This document shows positions 1 to 12,245 of a DNA stretch of 33,177 bases, in pieces; position 1 is the stretch's first letter; each line of letters opens with the position of its first letter. Source of the stretch: Macrostomum lignano (lineage: Eukaryota); NCBI GenBank assembly GCA_002269645.1, contig NIVC01002237.1, positions 1 to 33,177 on the forward strand, written 5' to 3'. The notes under the pieces are model-generated. The model was not told the DNA's origin. It made no database searches and was given only the letters and a program-made list of their open reading frames with translations. The translations under genes and the position numbers were made by a program.

Positions 1-413
1 CACCCTCTCTCCGCTCGCCCCCCCCCCTGCGGCGAATGCCTCCTGATGCCTAGGCACGTTTAAAATATCGTTTGTTAACCCCCAATACCAATGCATTTTT
101 GGTGCCCCAAATGATTATATTAGTGCTTTCTTTCATCTATTTCTAACTACGCACTTTGCAACAATGCAAAAATTGATATCTAACATGGCTTCTCCGTTAT
201 TTGATGTCCGCCTTCTTCTAATGAATATCAATATTTACAATATGAGCTGCATCGATTTATATCTGACTGAAGCTGCTTGTTTAAATTGCACTTTTCTGAC
301 GATTCTGTTAATTGATAAACGCCTTGTGGATAGGCTCTCATACTGTAGGCCTAAATGCTTCAGGGCTGGCTGAGTGTCTCAGGGGCTGTTGCCCAAATGC
401 TTCAGGGTCTGGC

Positions 414-829
414 TGCGGCGCTACAATGAGTGCCTGCGGGCGTACAATGAGTGCCTGCGACGCTACAAGGAATACCCGAGGCGCTACAAGGAATACCCGA
501 GCGCTAAAAGGAATACCCGAGGCGCTACAATGAGTGCATGCGGCGCTAAAATGAGTGCCTGCGGCGCTACAATGAGGCCTGCGGCGCTACAATGAGTGCC
601 TGCGGCGCTACAATGAGTGCCTGCGACGCTACAAGGAATACCCGAGGCGCTACAAGGAATACCCGAGGCGCTAAAAGGAATACCGAGGCGCTACAATGAG
701 TGCCTGCGGCGCTAAAATGAGTGCCTGCGGCGCTACAATGAGGGCCTGCGCGCTACAATGAGTGCCTGCGGCGTACAATGAGTGCCTGCGGCGCTACAAT
801 GAGTGCCTGCGGCGCCAAAATGAGTGCCA
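414..829. repeat. 21-bp minisatellite with two unit types (GCGGCGCTACAATGAGTGCCT / GAGGCGCTACAAGGAATACCC)
   Basis: About 20 units read directly, with a duplicated 8-unit higher-order block. Confidence 0.95.
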
Positions 830-1432
830 AAATTTAGTCATGTACAAGTACATTTTGAATTCTTGGCTTTGTCCACCCACCATAAAATCCATGGCGACGC
901 CCTGAACATCGTTACATCTCCGCTGAGCCATCAATCTTTGGCTGGCCTATTCCCATTCCCCAATCTCTCTCTGCCCCCTTGCTGCTCAGTAATTAATTGC
1001 TTAGTAATTGAGCCGCGGCAGCATTTGAGCAGAGTGGATTCCCAGTGAGCTGATATGCATATATATACATGCATATATGACCCAGCTAGGAGACTGAGAA
1101 ATTCTGTCACACAGCATTCTCCATTGGCTAGAATACTAGTATTCTGAGTTTAAGAACTTACCCGCAAATTTAAGCGATGATTGATTGATTGATTTATTTA
1201 TTGATTAGAGATTACATGGCGAACTCCCAGCTGGACCGGGAGCGGCAACCCTGACGGCCTGACCGCCCCACTCATTTTTTCCAGCTAAAAAACACATCGA
1301 ACCAGCTCTTGAAACTGAACAATTTCGGCATCAAGTGGACAGGCCGCGGTCTTCAGCGCTATTGCAGGTACAACAGGGATTTTGATTGTCTCCGACTCTT
1401 CTCAGCCAGCTCGGCAGCAGCACTGAGCTTCA

Positions 1433-1589
1433 ATGGCGGCGGGCGGCGGTAGAAATGAGTACGGCTGCTCGTTGCAGGAGCTGCGCACCCTTATGGAGTG
1501 CCGCGGGCACGAGGCCGTCAGCAAAATTCAAAGCGACTACGGCGGCGTAGACGGATTGTGCAAACGGCTGAAGGCTTCGCCACAGAGCG
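1433..1589 (+). CDS. PMCA: PMCA (plasma-membrane Ca2+-transporting ATPase) coding exon 1
   Basis: ATG at 1433 with an in-frame TGA at 1424-1426. Encodes [53 protein letters not shown], matching the PMCA N-terminal pattern (FGCSL.ELR.LME.R...YG.V..LC.RLK.SP..G). Phase-1 donor G|GTGAGG at 1590. An acceptor-like TTCTCAG ends at 1405, suggesting an upstream 5' UTR exon or trans-splicing. Confidence 0.9.
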
Positions 1590-1838
1590 GTGAGGGGTCG
1601 ATTTCTGAAAACTGAGTTTGTTAGCCAGTTTTGCAGTCTGAAAGTCACTCGGAAGCGACTGATTCAAGTTTAAAAAAAAATAATAACTTCATTTTAAATT
1701 TTAACTTCCTAGAAGTTTTTCTGCTTTTTGCTTTTCACTGTCTTAGAAATAGTCAACCTTTGTGGTTAGGTATTTCCTGGAAACGATCAATCTAATTGTT
1801 TTTAAGTTTCCTAGAAAGCTTTTTAAAGTTGAACCCTT

Positions 1839-2658
1839 TCCAAGAAACGGTGAACCACTATTGATCACATTTTCAAAAAAACAATAAACCACTATTGATC
1901 ACATTTTCCAGGAAACCGTGAACTACTCTTGATTATATTTTCCAGGAAACCGTGAACTACTCTTGATTATATTTTCCAGGAAACCGTGAACTACTCTTGA
2001 TTATATTTTCCAGGAAACCGTGAACTACTCTTGATTATATTTTCCAGGAAACCATGAACTACTCTTGATTATATTTTCCAGGAAACCGTGAACTACTCTT
2101 GATTATATTTTCCAGGAAACCGTGAACTACTCTTGATTATATTTTCCAGGAAACCGTGAACTACTCTTGATTATATTTTCCAGGAAACCATGAACTACTC
2201 TTTATTATATTTTCCAGGAAACCATGAACTACTCTTGATTATATTTTCCAGGAAACCGTGAACTACTCTTGATTATATTTTCTATTAAACCGTGAACTAC
2301 TCTTGATTATATTTTCCAGGAAACTGTGAACTACTCTTGATTATATTTTCCAGGAAACCGTGAACTACTCTTGATTATATTTTCCAGGAAACTGTGAACT
2401 ACTCTTGATTATATTTTCCAGGAAACCGTGAACTACTCTTGATTATATTTTCCAGGAAACCGTGAACTACTCTTGATTATATTTTCCAGGAAACCGTGAA
2501 CTACTCTTGATTATATTTTCCAGGAAACCGTGAACTACTCTTGATTATATTTTCCAGGAAACCGTGAACTACTCTTGATTATATTTTCCAGGAAACCGTG
2601 AACTACTCTTGATTATATTTTCCAGGAAACCGTGAACTACTCGATTTTATTTTCCAGA
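1839..2658. repeat. 35-bp minisatellite (CCAGGAAACCGTGAACTACTCTTGATTATATTTT-T), intron 1
   Basis: About 21 near-identical head-to-tail copies plus degenerate leading copies. Confidence 0.97.
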
Positions 2659-3600
2659 AAGGAGTGACAACAACCAGCGAATTCAATGAATCAACTTCTC
2701 CGTTCTGCGCTTCCTAAACGCAAAACCTGTTATCGTATTTAGCAATAGTTCATTTCAATTGCTGACAACTGAGAGAATTTTTTATTACGCTAAGAAAAAG
2801 TTCAGCTCTATTTAGCTCTAGAATTCGTTAATTCTAGCGTGAGCATTCAGACCAGCTTGCGAGGATGGCAGTGAAGACAAAAGAGATGCTGAGGATAAGG
2901 GCAAAGCGGATGCACCTTTTTTCGTTCTTATTGGAGATTCAGAGAGCAAAAATAGCTGTTTTCTCTCTAATAATAATAGATCACGCCGGCTGCTCAGTTG
3001 TCTGGCCTGACTACAAGCAAAACAAGCTCTTTGATACACGTGGCGGCAGAGAGATCAGCGGAGAAGTCGAAGCTCTGCCTATAACCTTCATCCTCCCTTC
3101 CCGTTAAGCTGAATTTCGATTACTAAAAGAGGAAGCTAAAACTACTGAGGCCAGCTAAGGAGCTGAGCGGAGGGGGTGGGGAGGCGGCGTCGGCCACAGA
3201 TAAAGACGGGTAGCTATGGGGAAGTGCAGACGCTGGCTTGAGACGGATTCGAGAAGTCCAACCCCGGAACAGTCAATGGGGGTCCCTCCGGGCTGGGGGT
3301 GGGGTTGGGGCAGGAGGGCAACTGGGAGCCTCTAAGTTGGGAATTTATCGACTTTCCACCCAGTTGCAGCACGGGTCTGCCCCGGAGTCCCTATAGGAAT
3401 CGAAACGGGAGTCTTAGCAATTAACCCGAGGCCCAGGGCTCTTCTTCGGCTCCGGCAAGGCGAATTAGAGCCAGAGCTTGGAGCAGCAACTCCTGCCCAC
3501 ATGAGTTTACGCACAGAAGATAGGTCAGCTACCCTGCATCATCTTTTCGTATCGCCAAAACTTTAATAAAAGGTCCAAATTTCAAAGTGAATTCTTGAAA

Positions 3601-4016
3601 CTTAGGTGATGTGAAACTTAGGTGATGTGAAATTTAGACGATTTGAAATTTAGGTGATTTGATTTTTAGGTGATGCGAAATTTAGGCGATGTGAAATTTA
3701 GGCGATGTGAAATTTAGGTGATGTGAGATTTAGGTGATGTGAAATTTAGGTGATGTGAAATTTAGGTGATGTGAGATTTAGGCGATGTGAAATTTAGGTG
3801 ATGTGAAATTTAGACGATTTGAAATTTAGGTGATGTGAGATTTAGGCGATGTGAAATTTAGGTGATGTGAAATTTAGACGATTTGAAATTTAAGTGATTT
3901 GATTTTTAGGTGATGCGAAATTTAGGCGATGTGAAATTTAGGTGATGTGAAATTTAGGTAATGTGAAATTTAGGTGATGTGAAATTTAGGTAATGGGAAA
4001 TTTAGGTGATATAAAA
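3601..4016. repeat. 16-bp minisatellite (TTAGGTGATGTGAAAT), intron 1
   Basis: About 26 copies with point variants. Confidence 0.95.
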
Positions 4017-4590
4017 CCTTCCTAGCACATGGCCTATTGCTCATTCAGCAGAATTTTTATAAAGCTTTATTAAAATGAGACTAAGTTTGCAAAAGATGTC
4101 CGAATATGAAGGTTTGTGAGGAGTTGTCACTCCAGGCTCTGGTTCTGGGTGTCCTTGGTTCAACCAGTCACTCGGCATATATCGAGCAGCTTCTGGAGGC
4201 CTGAGGCGAGTCTCCAGGGTAGGCCTCAGGCTCCCAACTTCATCCGTGCTGTGCTTGCATGCCGCGGCAGCACTTGGTTTCAATTGAAATTGATCTCAGC
4301 CGTCGGTTCTATTTTTATTTATCCCTCCTCCCTAACCTCCCTCCACAGCCTCGCCTCCAGTCCCCCTTACGCGCCTATTGTCCCAACTCATTATCAACAG
4401 CAGTCAATAATTCATATATTAATTAGATTTCCTGTTATGTTTCACTCAAACTATTTTTTTGCTGCGTATCTTTTCCCTGCCAACCGGGCAGTCGTCTGCT
4501 TATTATGTTTATGAGATCCATTGGGAATTTCTCATGATTAATATTTATATTTCTATAACTGCTTCCCACCTCATCACTCTCAGCACTAGT

Positions 4591-5835
4591 TCCATCCCCT
4601 GCCTACTGCCTTCCCCTCCCTTCCCTAGTGTCTACCCCACTTTATTGCCTACCTCTCCCTTCCCTACTGTCTACCCCTCCCTATTGTCTACCCCTCCCTT
4701 CCCTACTGTCTACCCCTCCCTATTGTCTATCCATCCCTTCCCTATTGTCTACTCATCCCTTCCCTACTGTCTACCCATCCCTTCCCTACTGTCTACCCAT
4801 CCCTTCCCTACTGTCTACCCATCCCTTCCCTACTGTCAACCCTTCCCTACTGTCTACCCCTCCCTATTGTCCACTCATCCCTTCCCTACTGTCTACCCAT
4901 CCCTTCCCTACTGTCTACCCATCCCTTCCCTACTGTCTACCCTTCCCTACTGTCTACCCCTCCCTATTGTCTACCCATCCCTTTCCTACTGTCTACCCAT
5001 CCCTTCCCTACTGTCTACCCTTCCCTACTGTCTACCCCTCCCTATTGTCTACCCATCCCTTTCCTACTGTCTACCCATCCCTTCCCTACTGTCTACCCTT
5101 CCCTGCTGTCTACCCTTCCCTACTGTCTACCCTTCCCTGCTGTCTACCCTTCCCTACTGTCTACCCTTCACTACTGTCTACCCCTCCCTTCCCTACCGGC
5201 TACACCAGTCTCCCTACTGTCTACCCCTCCCTTCCCTACCGGCTACACCAGTATCCCTACTGTCTACCCCTCCCTTCCCTACCGGCTACACCAGTATCCC
5301 TACTGTCTACCCCTCCCTTCCCTACCGGCTACACCAGTCTCCCTACTGTCTACCCCTCCCTTCCCTACCGGCTACACCAGTATCCCTACTGTCTACCCTT
5401 CCCTTCCCTACCGGCTACACCAGTATCCCTACTGTCTACCCCTCCCTTCCCTACCGTCTACACCAGTATCCCTACTGTCTACCCTTCCCTTCCCTACCGG
5501 CTACACCAGTATCCCTACTGTCTACCCCTCCCTTCCCTACCGGCTACGCCAGTCTCCCTACTGTCTACCCCTCCCTTCCCTACCGGCTACACCAGTATCC
5601 CTACTGTCTACCCTTCCCTTCCCTACCGGCTACACCAGTATCCCTACTGTCTACCCCTCCCTTCCCTACCGTCTACACCAGCTGTCTCCCTACTGTCTAC
5701 CCCTCCCTTCCCTACCGGCTACACCAGTATCCCTACTGTCTACCCTTCCCTTCCCTACCGGCTACACCAGTATCCCTACTGTCTACCCCTCCCTTCCCTA
5801 CCGTCTACACCAGCTGTCTCCCTACTGTCTACTCT
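4591..5835. repeat. Pyrimidine-rich compound minisatellite (CCCTACTGTCTACCC core; longer ~43-bp unit containing CCGGCTACACCAGT in the 3' part)
   Basis: Read directly; source of the 471-aa and 514-aa low-complexity ORFs. Confidence 0.93.
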
Positions 5836-7330
5836 CCTTGTCCACTGTCAACTCCCCTTCCCAGTATCAGCTGATCACTATGTCGGACAACAAAATTTGG
5901 CATCTGATACCTACACTTGCTCTAATAGCCGCTACCAACTAAAAGTACGCACTGAGAGCACTGCAAGCTTGCTGATCCCTCTCCGTGACTCGTATTTGGG
6001 AAAATTTACCCCAGCTAGTCTCAATAGGATTATTTCATCGTTCCCATATCTGGAGGCCGGCTGGATGTGTAGCCATTTTGCCCTGGCCTATTTCCACCCA
6101 AAAAGGCCCGCCAAGTGGAGATATAAATCACGCGTCCGCTGCCCTCTGCTGGTTCTGCGGCTTCCCATATAAGCTCGTAGCCTATTCGGTCGGTTCGCCC
6201 GATGCCTCTCCTCTCCCGCGGGGGGGGGGGGGAGGGCGGTTGCCGGGACCAGCAGGGTTAGGAGCGAGCGATATGCATATATTGAATAAATGCCGCCCTT
6301 GTTCACTGCCAGATGAGATAGACGGCCTTTGCTATACTAGTAGTTCCCATTTCTTCCTGGGATGCTGGAGTTATCCCAAAAATAACGGGGGCACTTTGCT
6401 CTCCCACTGCTTGTTTCCCATTTCGCCTATGGGAGAGGCAGAGGCCTGTAGAGTGGATTGAGTGCGTCAAATGAAAACTGAGTCTCTTTCACTATGCTCA
6501 AGCGAAATCTTGCGAGGCGCAACGCTTTGACATTATCTAATCATGTTAGACAAACTTTGCCCACTCACCTCTCTGTCAACTTTTTTCTGTGTGTCAACTG
6601 ATTTCCTGCACCTTCTAATCTGACTCGTCTGCTCGCATGCATAACTAATATATTTGGGATCTATAAGTGGCAATAAGGGGATTTTTCTCCCTTTTTTCCC
6701 TGTAACCCCCTCCCCCACCCTGACTGAGGAAAACATGCACTTTGGTATGGCAGGGAAATCACAGCCAGAAAGCGCACAGTTACACACACTTCACACGCAC
6801 TGCAAAGAGACTGACGGAGAAGCCGGCAAGAGACTTGTAAACACGAATTGGTGTGCCCCCCACCCATGTCTGATCTCGCTAAGAGAAAAATCAATCGATT
6901 TGTTAACCAACCTCCTCCCAACAAAGTGCCAGTTTTGCGGGCTCGAGCTGGATGATCAATCTTCAAATTTAGCTTTGACATCTTGTAAGGTTCAAAACAG
7001 ATTTATTTAGACCTAATGATCGTGGCTGCATGCTTTCAATATTTCAATATTTATGTGCTAGTTTATGCACCGCTTAATGTAGAACTTCTCGCGAGTTAAG
7101 TAACGATATGTAGCGTATTAAACTTTTTAAAGCTGAAATTTTATAGGGAAGTACAAAACCTCAATCTAAAAAGTCCAAAATGCGTGAGAGCCCTAGGTAC
7201 GCAGTGTATGTCTTCATCTTTCAGTGTGGGACTCCCATATTTACTTGATTGATTGCCCGCGAGCGAATAGTGCAGTGCTGAGTGAATGGGGGTCTAATTT
7301 CAAGCCCGAATCACGCACCCCATTGTGCAG

Positions 7331-7504
7331 GCATCAACGAGAGCGAAGTGTCCAGCCGGAAGCAGGCGTTCGGCGCCAACGTGATCCCGCCGAAGCCGCC
7401 AAAGACTTTTTTACAGCTGGCGCTCGAAGCGATGCAGGACTACACGCTGATTATGCTGATTGTCTGCGCGCTTGTGTCTCTGGGCATCTCGCTGTATCAA
7501 AAGT
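7331..7504 (+). CDS. PMCA: PMCA coding exon 2 (NVIPPKPPKTFLQL, TM1)
   Basis: Acceptor TGTGCAG|GC at 7330. Encodes GINESEVSSRKQAFGANVIPPKPPKTFLQLALEAMQDYTLIMLIVCALVSLGISLYQK. The GTGAGT donor at 7505 gives phase 1, matching exon 3. Confidence 0.92.
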
Positions 7505-7520
7505 GTGAGTGTTTGGGTCT

Positions 7521-8238
7521 GTGGGAGTGGGTTTGCCGGTTGCAGTGAGTGGGTTTGCCGGTTGCAGTGAGTGGCTTTGCCAGTTGCGGTGAGTGGCTTT
7601 GCCGGTTGCAGTGAGTGGGTTTGCCGGTTGCAGTGAGTGGGTTTGCCGGTTGCAGTGAGTGGCTTTGCCAGTTGCGGTGAGTGGCTTTGCCAGTTGCGGT
7701 GAGTGGGTTTGCCGGTTGCAGGGAGTGGGTTTGCCGGTTGCAGTGAGTGGGTTTGCCGGTTGCAGTGAGTGGGTTTGCCGGTTGCAGTGAGTGGGTTTGC
7801 CGGTTGCAGTGAGTGGGTTTGCCGGTTGCAGTGAGTGGGTTTGCCGGTTGCAGTGAGTGGGTTTGCCGGTTGCAGTGAGTGGGTTTGCCGGTTGCAGTGA
7901 GTGGGTTTGCCGGTTGCAGTGAGTGGGTTTGCCGGTTGCAGTGAGCGGATTTGCCGGTTGCAGTGAGTAAGTTTGCCGGTTGCAGTGAGTGGCTTTGCCA
8001 GTTGCGGTGAGTGGGTTTGCCGGTTGCAGGGAGTGTGGGTTTGCCGGTTGCAGTGAGTGGGTTTGCCGGTTGCAGTGAGTGGGTTTGCCGGTTGCAGTGA
8101 GTGGGTTTGCCGGTTGCAGTGAGTGGGTTTGCCGGTTGCAGTGAGTGGGTTTGCCGGTTGCAGTGAGTGGGTTTGCCGGTTGCAGTGAGTGGGTTTGCCG
8201 GTTGCAGTGAGTGGGTTTGCCGGTTGCAGTGAGTGGGT
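7521..8238. repeat. 22-bp minisatellite (GTGAGTGGGTTTGCCGGTTGCA) filling intron 2
   Basis: About 32 copies, covering about 90% of the 790-nt intron. Confidence 0.97.
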
Positions 8239-8294
8239 GGAAGTGACTGCAGGAAAGAGGACGCAGAAATCCACGCTCTCTCTCTTCCCCGCAG

Positions 8295-8681
8295 TCCGCA
8301 CTAAGACGCCCGGCGAGACTCACGGAGACGACAGCGAGGAGCAGGCCGGCTGGATCGAGGGCGTCGCCATCGCCTTCGCCGTAGTGGTCGTGGTGCTGGT
8401 GACGGCATTCAACGACTGGAGCAAGGAGCGGCAGTTCCGCGGACTGCAGGCCAAGCTCGAACAGGAGCACCTGTTCGATGTCATCCGCAATGGCCAGGTG
8501 TCCAAGGTGCTGGTCAACGATATCGTTGTCGGCGACATCTGCCAGGTGAAGTACGGCGATGCCCTGCCCGCCGACGGCATCATCATCCAGAGCAACGATC
8601 TCAAGGTAGACGAGAGCAGTCTCACTGGAGAAAGCGACCACGTGAAGAAGGGCGAGGATCGGGATCCCATTTTGATGTCTG
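8295..8681 (+). CDS. PMCA: PMCA coding exon 3 (TM2, actuator domain)
   Basis: Acceptor CTCTTCCCCGCAG|TC. Encodes ..[74 protein letters not shown], including the TGES motif. Phase-1 donor G|GTGAGC at 8682. Confidence 0.95.
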
Positions 8682-8766
8682 GTGAGCTCGAAATTCTGAC
8701 GTTTTTAACTGTTAGCAGACGCTTGGATTTAAATTTCACTTAAATCAAAGAATGGCTGAATGTCGT

Positions 8767-9267
8767 GAATGACGTACAGAATGACTGAATGACTTACAGA
8801 ATGACTGAATGACTTACAGAATGACTACATTACTTACAGAATGGCTGCATTACTTACAGAATGACTACATTACTTACAGAATGACTAAATTACTTACAGA
8901 ATGACTACATTACTTACAGAATGACTGCATTACTTACAGAATGACTACATTACTTACAGAATGACTGCATTACTTACAGAATGACTACATTACTTACAGA
9001 ATGACTGCATTACTTACAGAATGACTGCATTACTTACAGAATGACTGAATTACTTACAGAATGACTGCATTACTTACAGAATGACTGCATTACTTACAGA
9101 ATGACTACATTACTTACAGAATGACTGCATTACTTACAGAATGACTGCATTACTTACAGAATGACTGCATTACTTACAGAATGACTGCATTACTTACAGA
9201 ATGACTGCATTACTTACAGAATGACTACATTACTTACAGAATGACTGAATTACTTACAGAATGACTA
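8767..9267. repeat. 20-bp minisatellite (GAATGACTGCATTACTTACA), intron 3
   Basis: About 25 copies with variation at positions 9-10 (GC/AC/GA). Confidence 0.97.
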
Positions 9268-10759
9268 ACTAAAGAGATTACAGAGAAATTGTTACAGAAA
9301 GAGTGACAGATTGATTGCTTGTCTCCCTGTCTGATTGATTAGTCCAATAATTAATTAAATCTGATTCGTGTTACTTAGAAATCGTCTATAGAATCACAAA
9401 GTTACTTGCAAATACTCAAGTAAGCCTGAAAATTTTAGAAAATGCTTTTTACGTTCTGGCGAAGGAACTAGTAAAACTGAAGTAAGCAGACAGAAAGATT
9501 GACTGAGAGAGAGTTGAGACACATCCGGGAACTACGACTATATTGACTTTGCCATCGGCCCCGCAGAAGATTGTTTGAACAAAATCTTCTAAACTTCCCC
9601 CCCCCCCCCCAAGAAGAGACCCACTCATCGTTATCGCCGTTCGACGTTCGCTTAGAGACAGTCTTGTGTCAGCGTTCCCTCTAACCGCCCGCCGCCACCT
9701 CTGTCCAAGCTATACCCGAACTTCTCCCAAGCTGATAAAACTCTGCTGTCAGAGTCTGGAGAGAGACTGGGCAGACGTTTGAAGCATCAGAGGAAGATGC
9801 CGATGTTATAGGATGCTTACAGACTGGGTTAATCTTCCTTCCAGCTCCCCGTTCCATCCCAGAAAACCCCGCCCCCGTCTTGCCTTACCTAGCCAGCCCA
9901 TGCGGCGGCAGCTCTAATTAGGGGGAGGGGGGAGGTGCCTCCTTTTTCCTGCCAAAAGTTCTTGCCGACCTTAGTTCGTCTGCGTTCATCTCAGCTAAGC
10001 TACCTTTCCTTGGCGGTAGGCGAGCCGGTGCGCACAGCACAGCTGACCCCGCCGAGGTGGGGGGGGCGGCCACCACTTCAGCAGCTGGTCCGCGCTGCCA
10101 TCAGCCGAGCGAATCGAAGCGAGATGAAGAGGAAAGGGAAAGAAAGAAGAAAGTCAATGTGGCTGTCGTCGCCGAAGAAGAGCCACCGCCCGCCCGCCCC
10201 TCCCGCAGTTTCCCTCTCGACTTTCACCCCCCTTCCGTCTTCACCGCTGCCTGGGGGGGGGTCTGGTTTAAGGGATAGGGGGCGGAGGGGGGCGGCATCC
10301 TGGCGACAGCTCCGGCATTTTGTCAGCACTGCTGCGACTTTCGGAGAGAACAGTCTGGCTATTGGAATTTCGGAATCCACTTTGCCCTCTTTACCCAGCA
10401 GTCGATATGGGGTGAATTTTTTACGCATATCGATTCCCCTGTTTTCTTATGCGCCCTAGGCGTATGTGTAAGAATATATAGTATTTGAAACTCCTAGCAG
10501 TCTTTCTAATAATAATCTTTCATTTCGGCTGGATGTTTTGCGTATGCTGTGATGCATAAGCATTGGGTCACGGCTGCAGGCAGTTGAGGCCTAGGCTGTC
10601 TGAACTGCGAAAAATGTTTTCCCTTTTTCGATCCACGCTCGTATTGCAGGCTTTTGAATTACAATCGCAACTTTTAAGATTTCTGAGTTTCTTCATAAAA
10701 ATGCATTCTTGTACAGTTCTCAGTCGTGCTTATCAACAGCAACACAAACAAAGGCGTTA

Positions 10760-11893
10760 CTTATCAGTTTTATGACTGGCCTCCAATACAGCTCTCGTCA
10801 CCCGAAAACACTGTACCAAGGGCGCTGCTCTCTCCGCTTATCTGTTTCATGACTGTTTTATGGCCTCTAATACAGCTCTCGTCACCCGAAAACACTGTAC
10901 CAAGGGCGCTGCTCTCTCCGCTTATCTGTTTCATGACTGTTTTATGGCCTCTAATACAGCTCTCGTCACCCGAAAACACTGTACCAAGGGCGCTGCTCTC
11001 TCCGCTTATCTGTTTCATGACTGTTTTATGGCCTCTAATACAGCTCTCGTCACCCGAAAACACTGTACCAAGGGCGCTGCTCTCTCCGCTTATCTGTTTC
11101 ATGACTGTTTTATGGCCTCTAATACAGCTCTCGTCACCCGAAAACACTGTACCAAGGGCGCTGCTCTCTCCGCTTATCTGTTTCATGACTGTTTTATGGC
11201 CTCTAATACAGCTCTCGTCACCCGAAAACACTGTACCAAGGGCGCTGCTCTCTCCGCTTATCTGTTTCATGACTGTTTTATGGCCTCTAATACAGCTCTC
11301 GTCACCCGAAAACACTGTACCAAGGGCGCTGCTCTCTCCGCTTATCTGTTTCATGACTGTTTTATGGCCTCTAATACAGCTCTCGTCACCCGAAAACACT
11401 GTACCAAGGGCGCTGCTCTCTCCGCTTATCTGTTTCATGACTGTTTTATGGCCTCTAATACAGCTCTCGTCACCCGAAAACACTGTACCAAGGGCGCTGC
11501 TCTCTCCGCTTATCTGTTTCATGACTGTTTTATGGCCTCTAATACAGCTCTCGTCACCCGAAAACACTGTACCAAGGGCGCTGCTCTCTCCGCTTATCTG
11601 TTTCATGACTGTTTTATGGCCTCTAATACAGCTCTCGTCACCCGAAAACACTGACCAAGGGCGCTGCTCTCTCCGCTTATCAGTTTCATGACTGTTATAT
11701 GGCATATACAGCTCTCGTCACCCGAAAACACTGACCAAGGGCGCTGCTCTCTCCGCTTATCAGTTTCATGACTGTTATATGGCATATACAGCTCTCGTCA
11801 CCCGAAAACACTGACCAAGGGCGCTGCTCTCTCCGCTTATCAGTTTCATGACTGTTTTATGGCCTCCAATACAGCTCTCGTCAGCCGAAAACA
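10760..11893. repeat. 84-bp tandem repeat, intron 3
   Basis: About 13 copies. The central copies appear identical and the terminal copies are variants (some 83 bp). Confidence 0.97.
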
Positions 11894-12068
11894 CATCGAA
11901 ATCTGAAGTAGGGCACTAGTGGCGCAAGTTGAAGTGAAAACTGATTCAACTGAATAACTGAGGAAAGCAGTTTTCTCCAAACGTCTGAGTTATTTACAAG
12001 TGCAAATGTCAGCCTTTAGATCTCATGATATTAACGAAACTCTGTAACGCATCTTAAAAACTCTACAG

Positions 12069-12245
12069 GCACCAACGTGATGGAAGGCTCCGGCCGAATG
12101 ATAGTGACAGCTGTCGGCATCAACTCCCAGGCTGGCATCATCTTCAGCCTGCTCGGCGCCACCGGCGAGGCCGAAGGCGCTGACGGCGACGACAAGCCGG
12201 CACCGGCGCAGGCGCAGAAAAGATCCGCTAACGACAAGCCGAACG
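12069..12245 (+). CDS. PMCA: PMCA coding exon 4 (ends at splice site A region)
   Basis: Acceptor CTCTACAG|GC. Encodes [31 protein letters not shown]..., a highly conserved PMCA segment. Phase-1 donor G|GTACGC at 12246. Confidence 0.93.

Noticed and set aside
1177-1270. (ATTG)n/(ATTT)n run followed by a short ATG-initiated ORF at 1216
   Set aside because: The ORF is only 12 codons. It could be a retroposon 3' end or a uORF, but nothing in the window distinguishes these.
1839-2658. CRISPR-like appearance of the 35-, 33-, 41- and 39/43-bp repeats
   Set aside because: The units are directly head-to-tail with no unique spacers, there are no cas genes, and the context is a spliced eukaryotic gene.
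4459-6172. 471-aa and 514-aa Pro/Ser/Thr-rich ORFs
   Set aside because: They are translations of the C/T-rich minisatellite, which lacks stop codons for compositional reasons, and they lie in PMCA intron 1.
7225-7330. Upstream alternative acceptor for exon 2 (TCTTTCAG at 7224)
   Set aside because: It would add 106 nt and shift the PMCA frame, and there is no supporting homology.
7411-8641. 296-aa and 396-aa antisense ORFs
   Set aside because: They are the reverse strand of the 22-bp array plus antisense shadows of exons 2 and 3.
10726-11705. Repeat-protein ORFs from the 84-bp array, open in three frames
   Set aside because: A 28-codon unit is often stop-free by chance. The copies are identical at synonymous positions too, and the frames break at the 83-bp variants, so there is no sign of coding selection.
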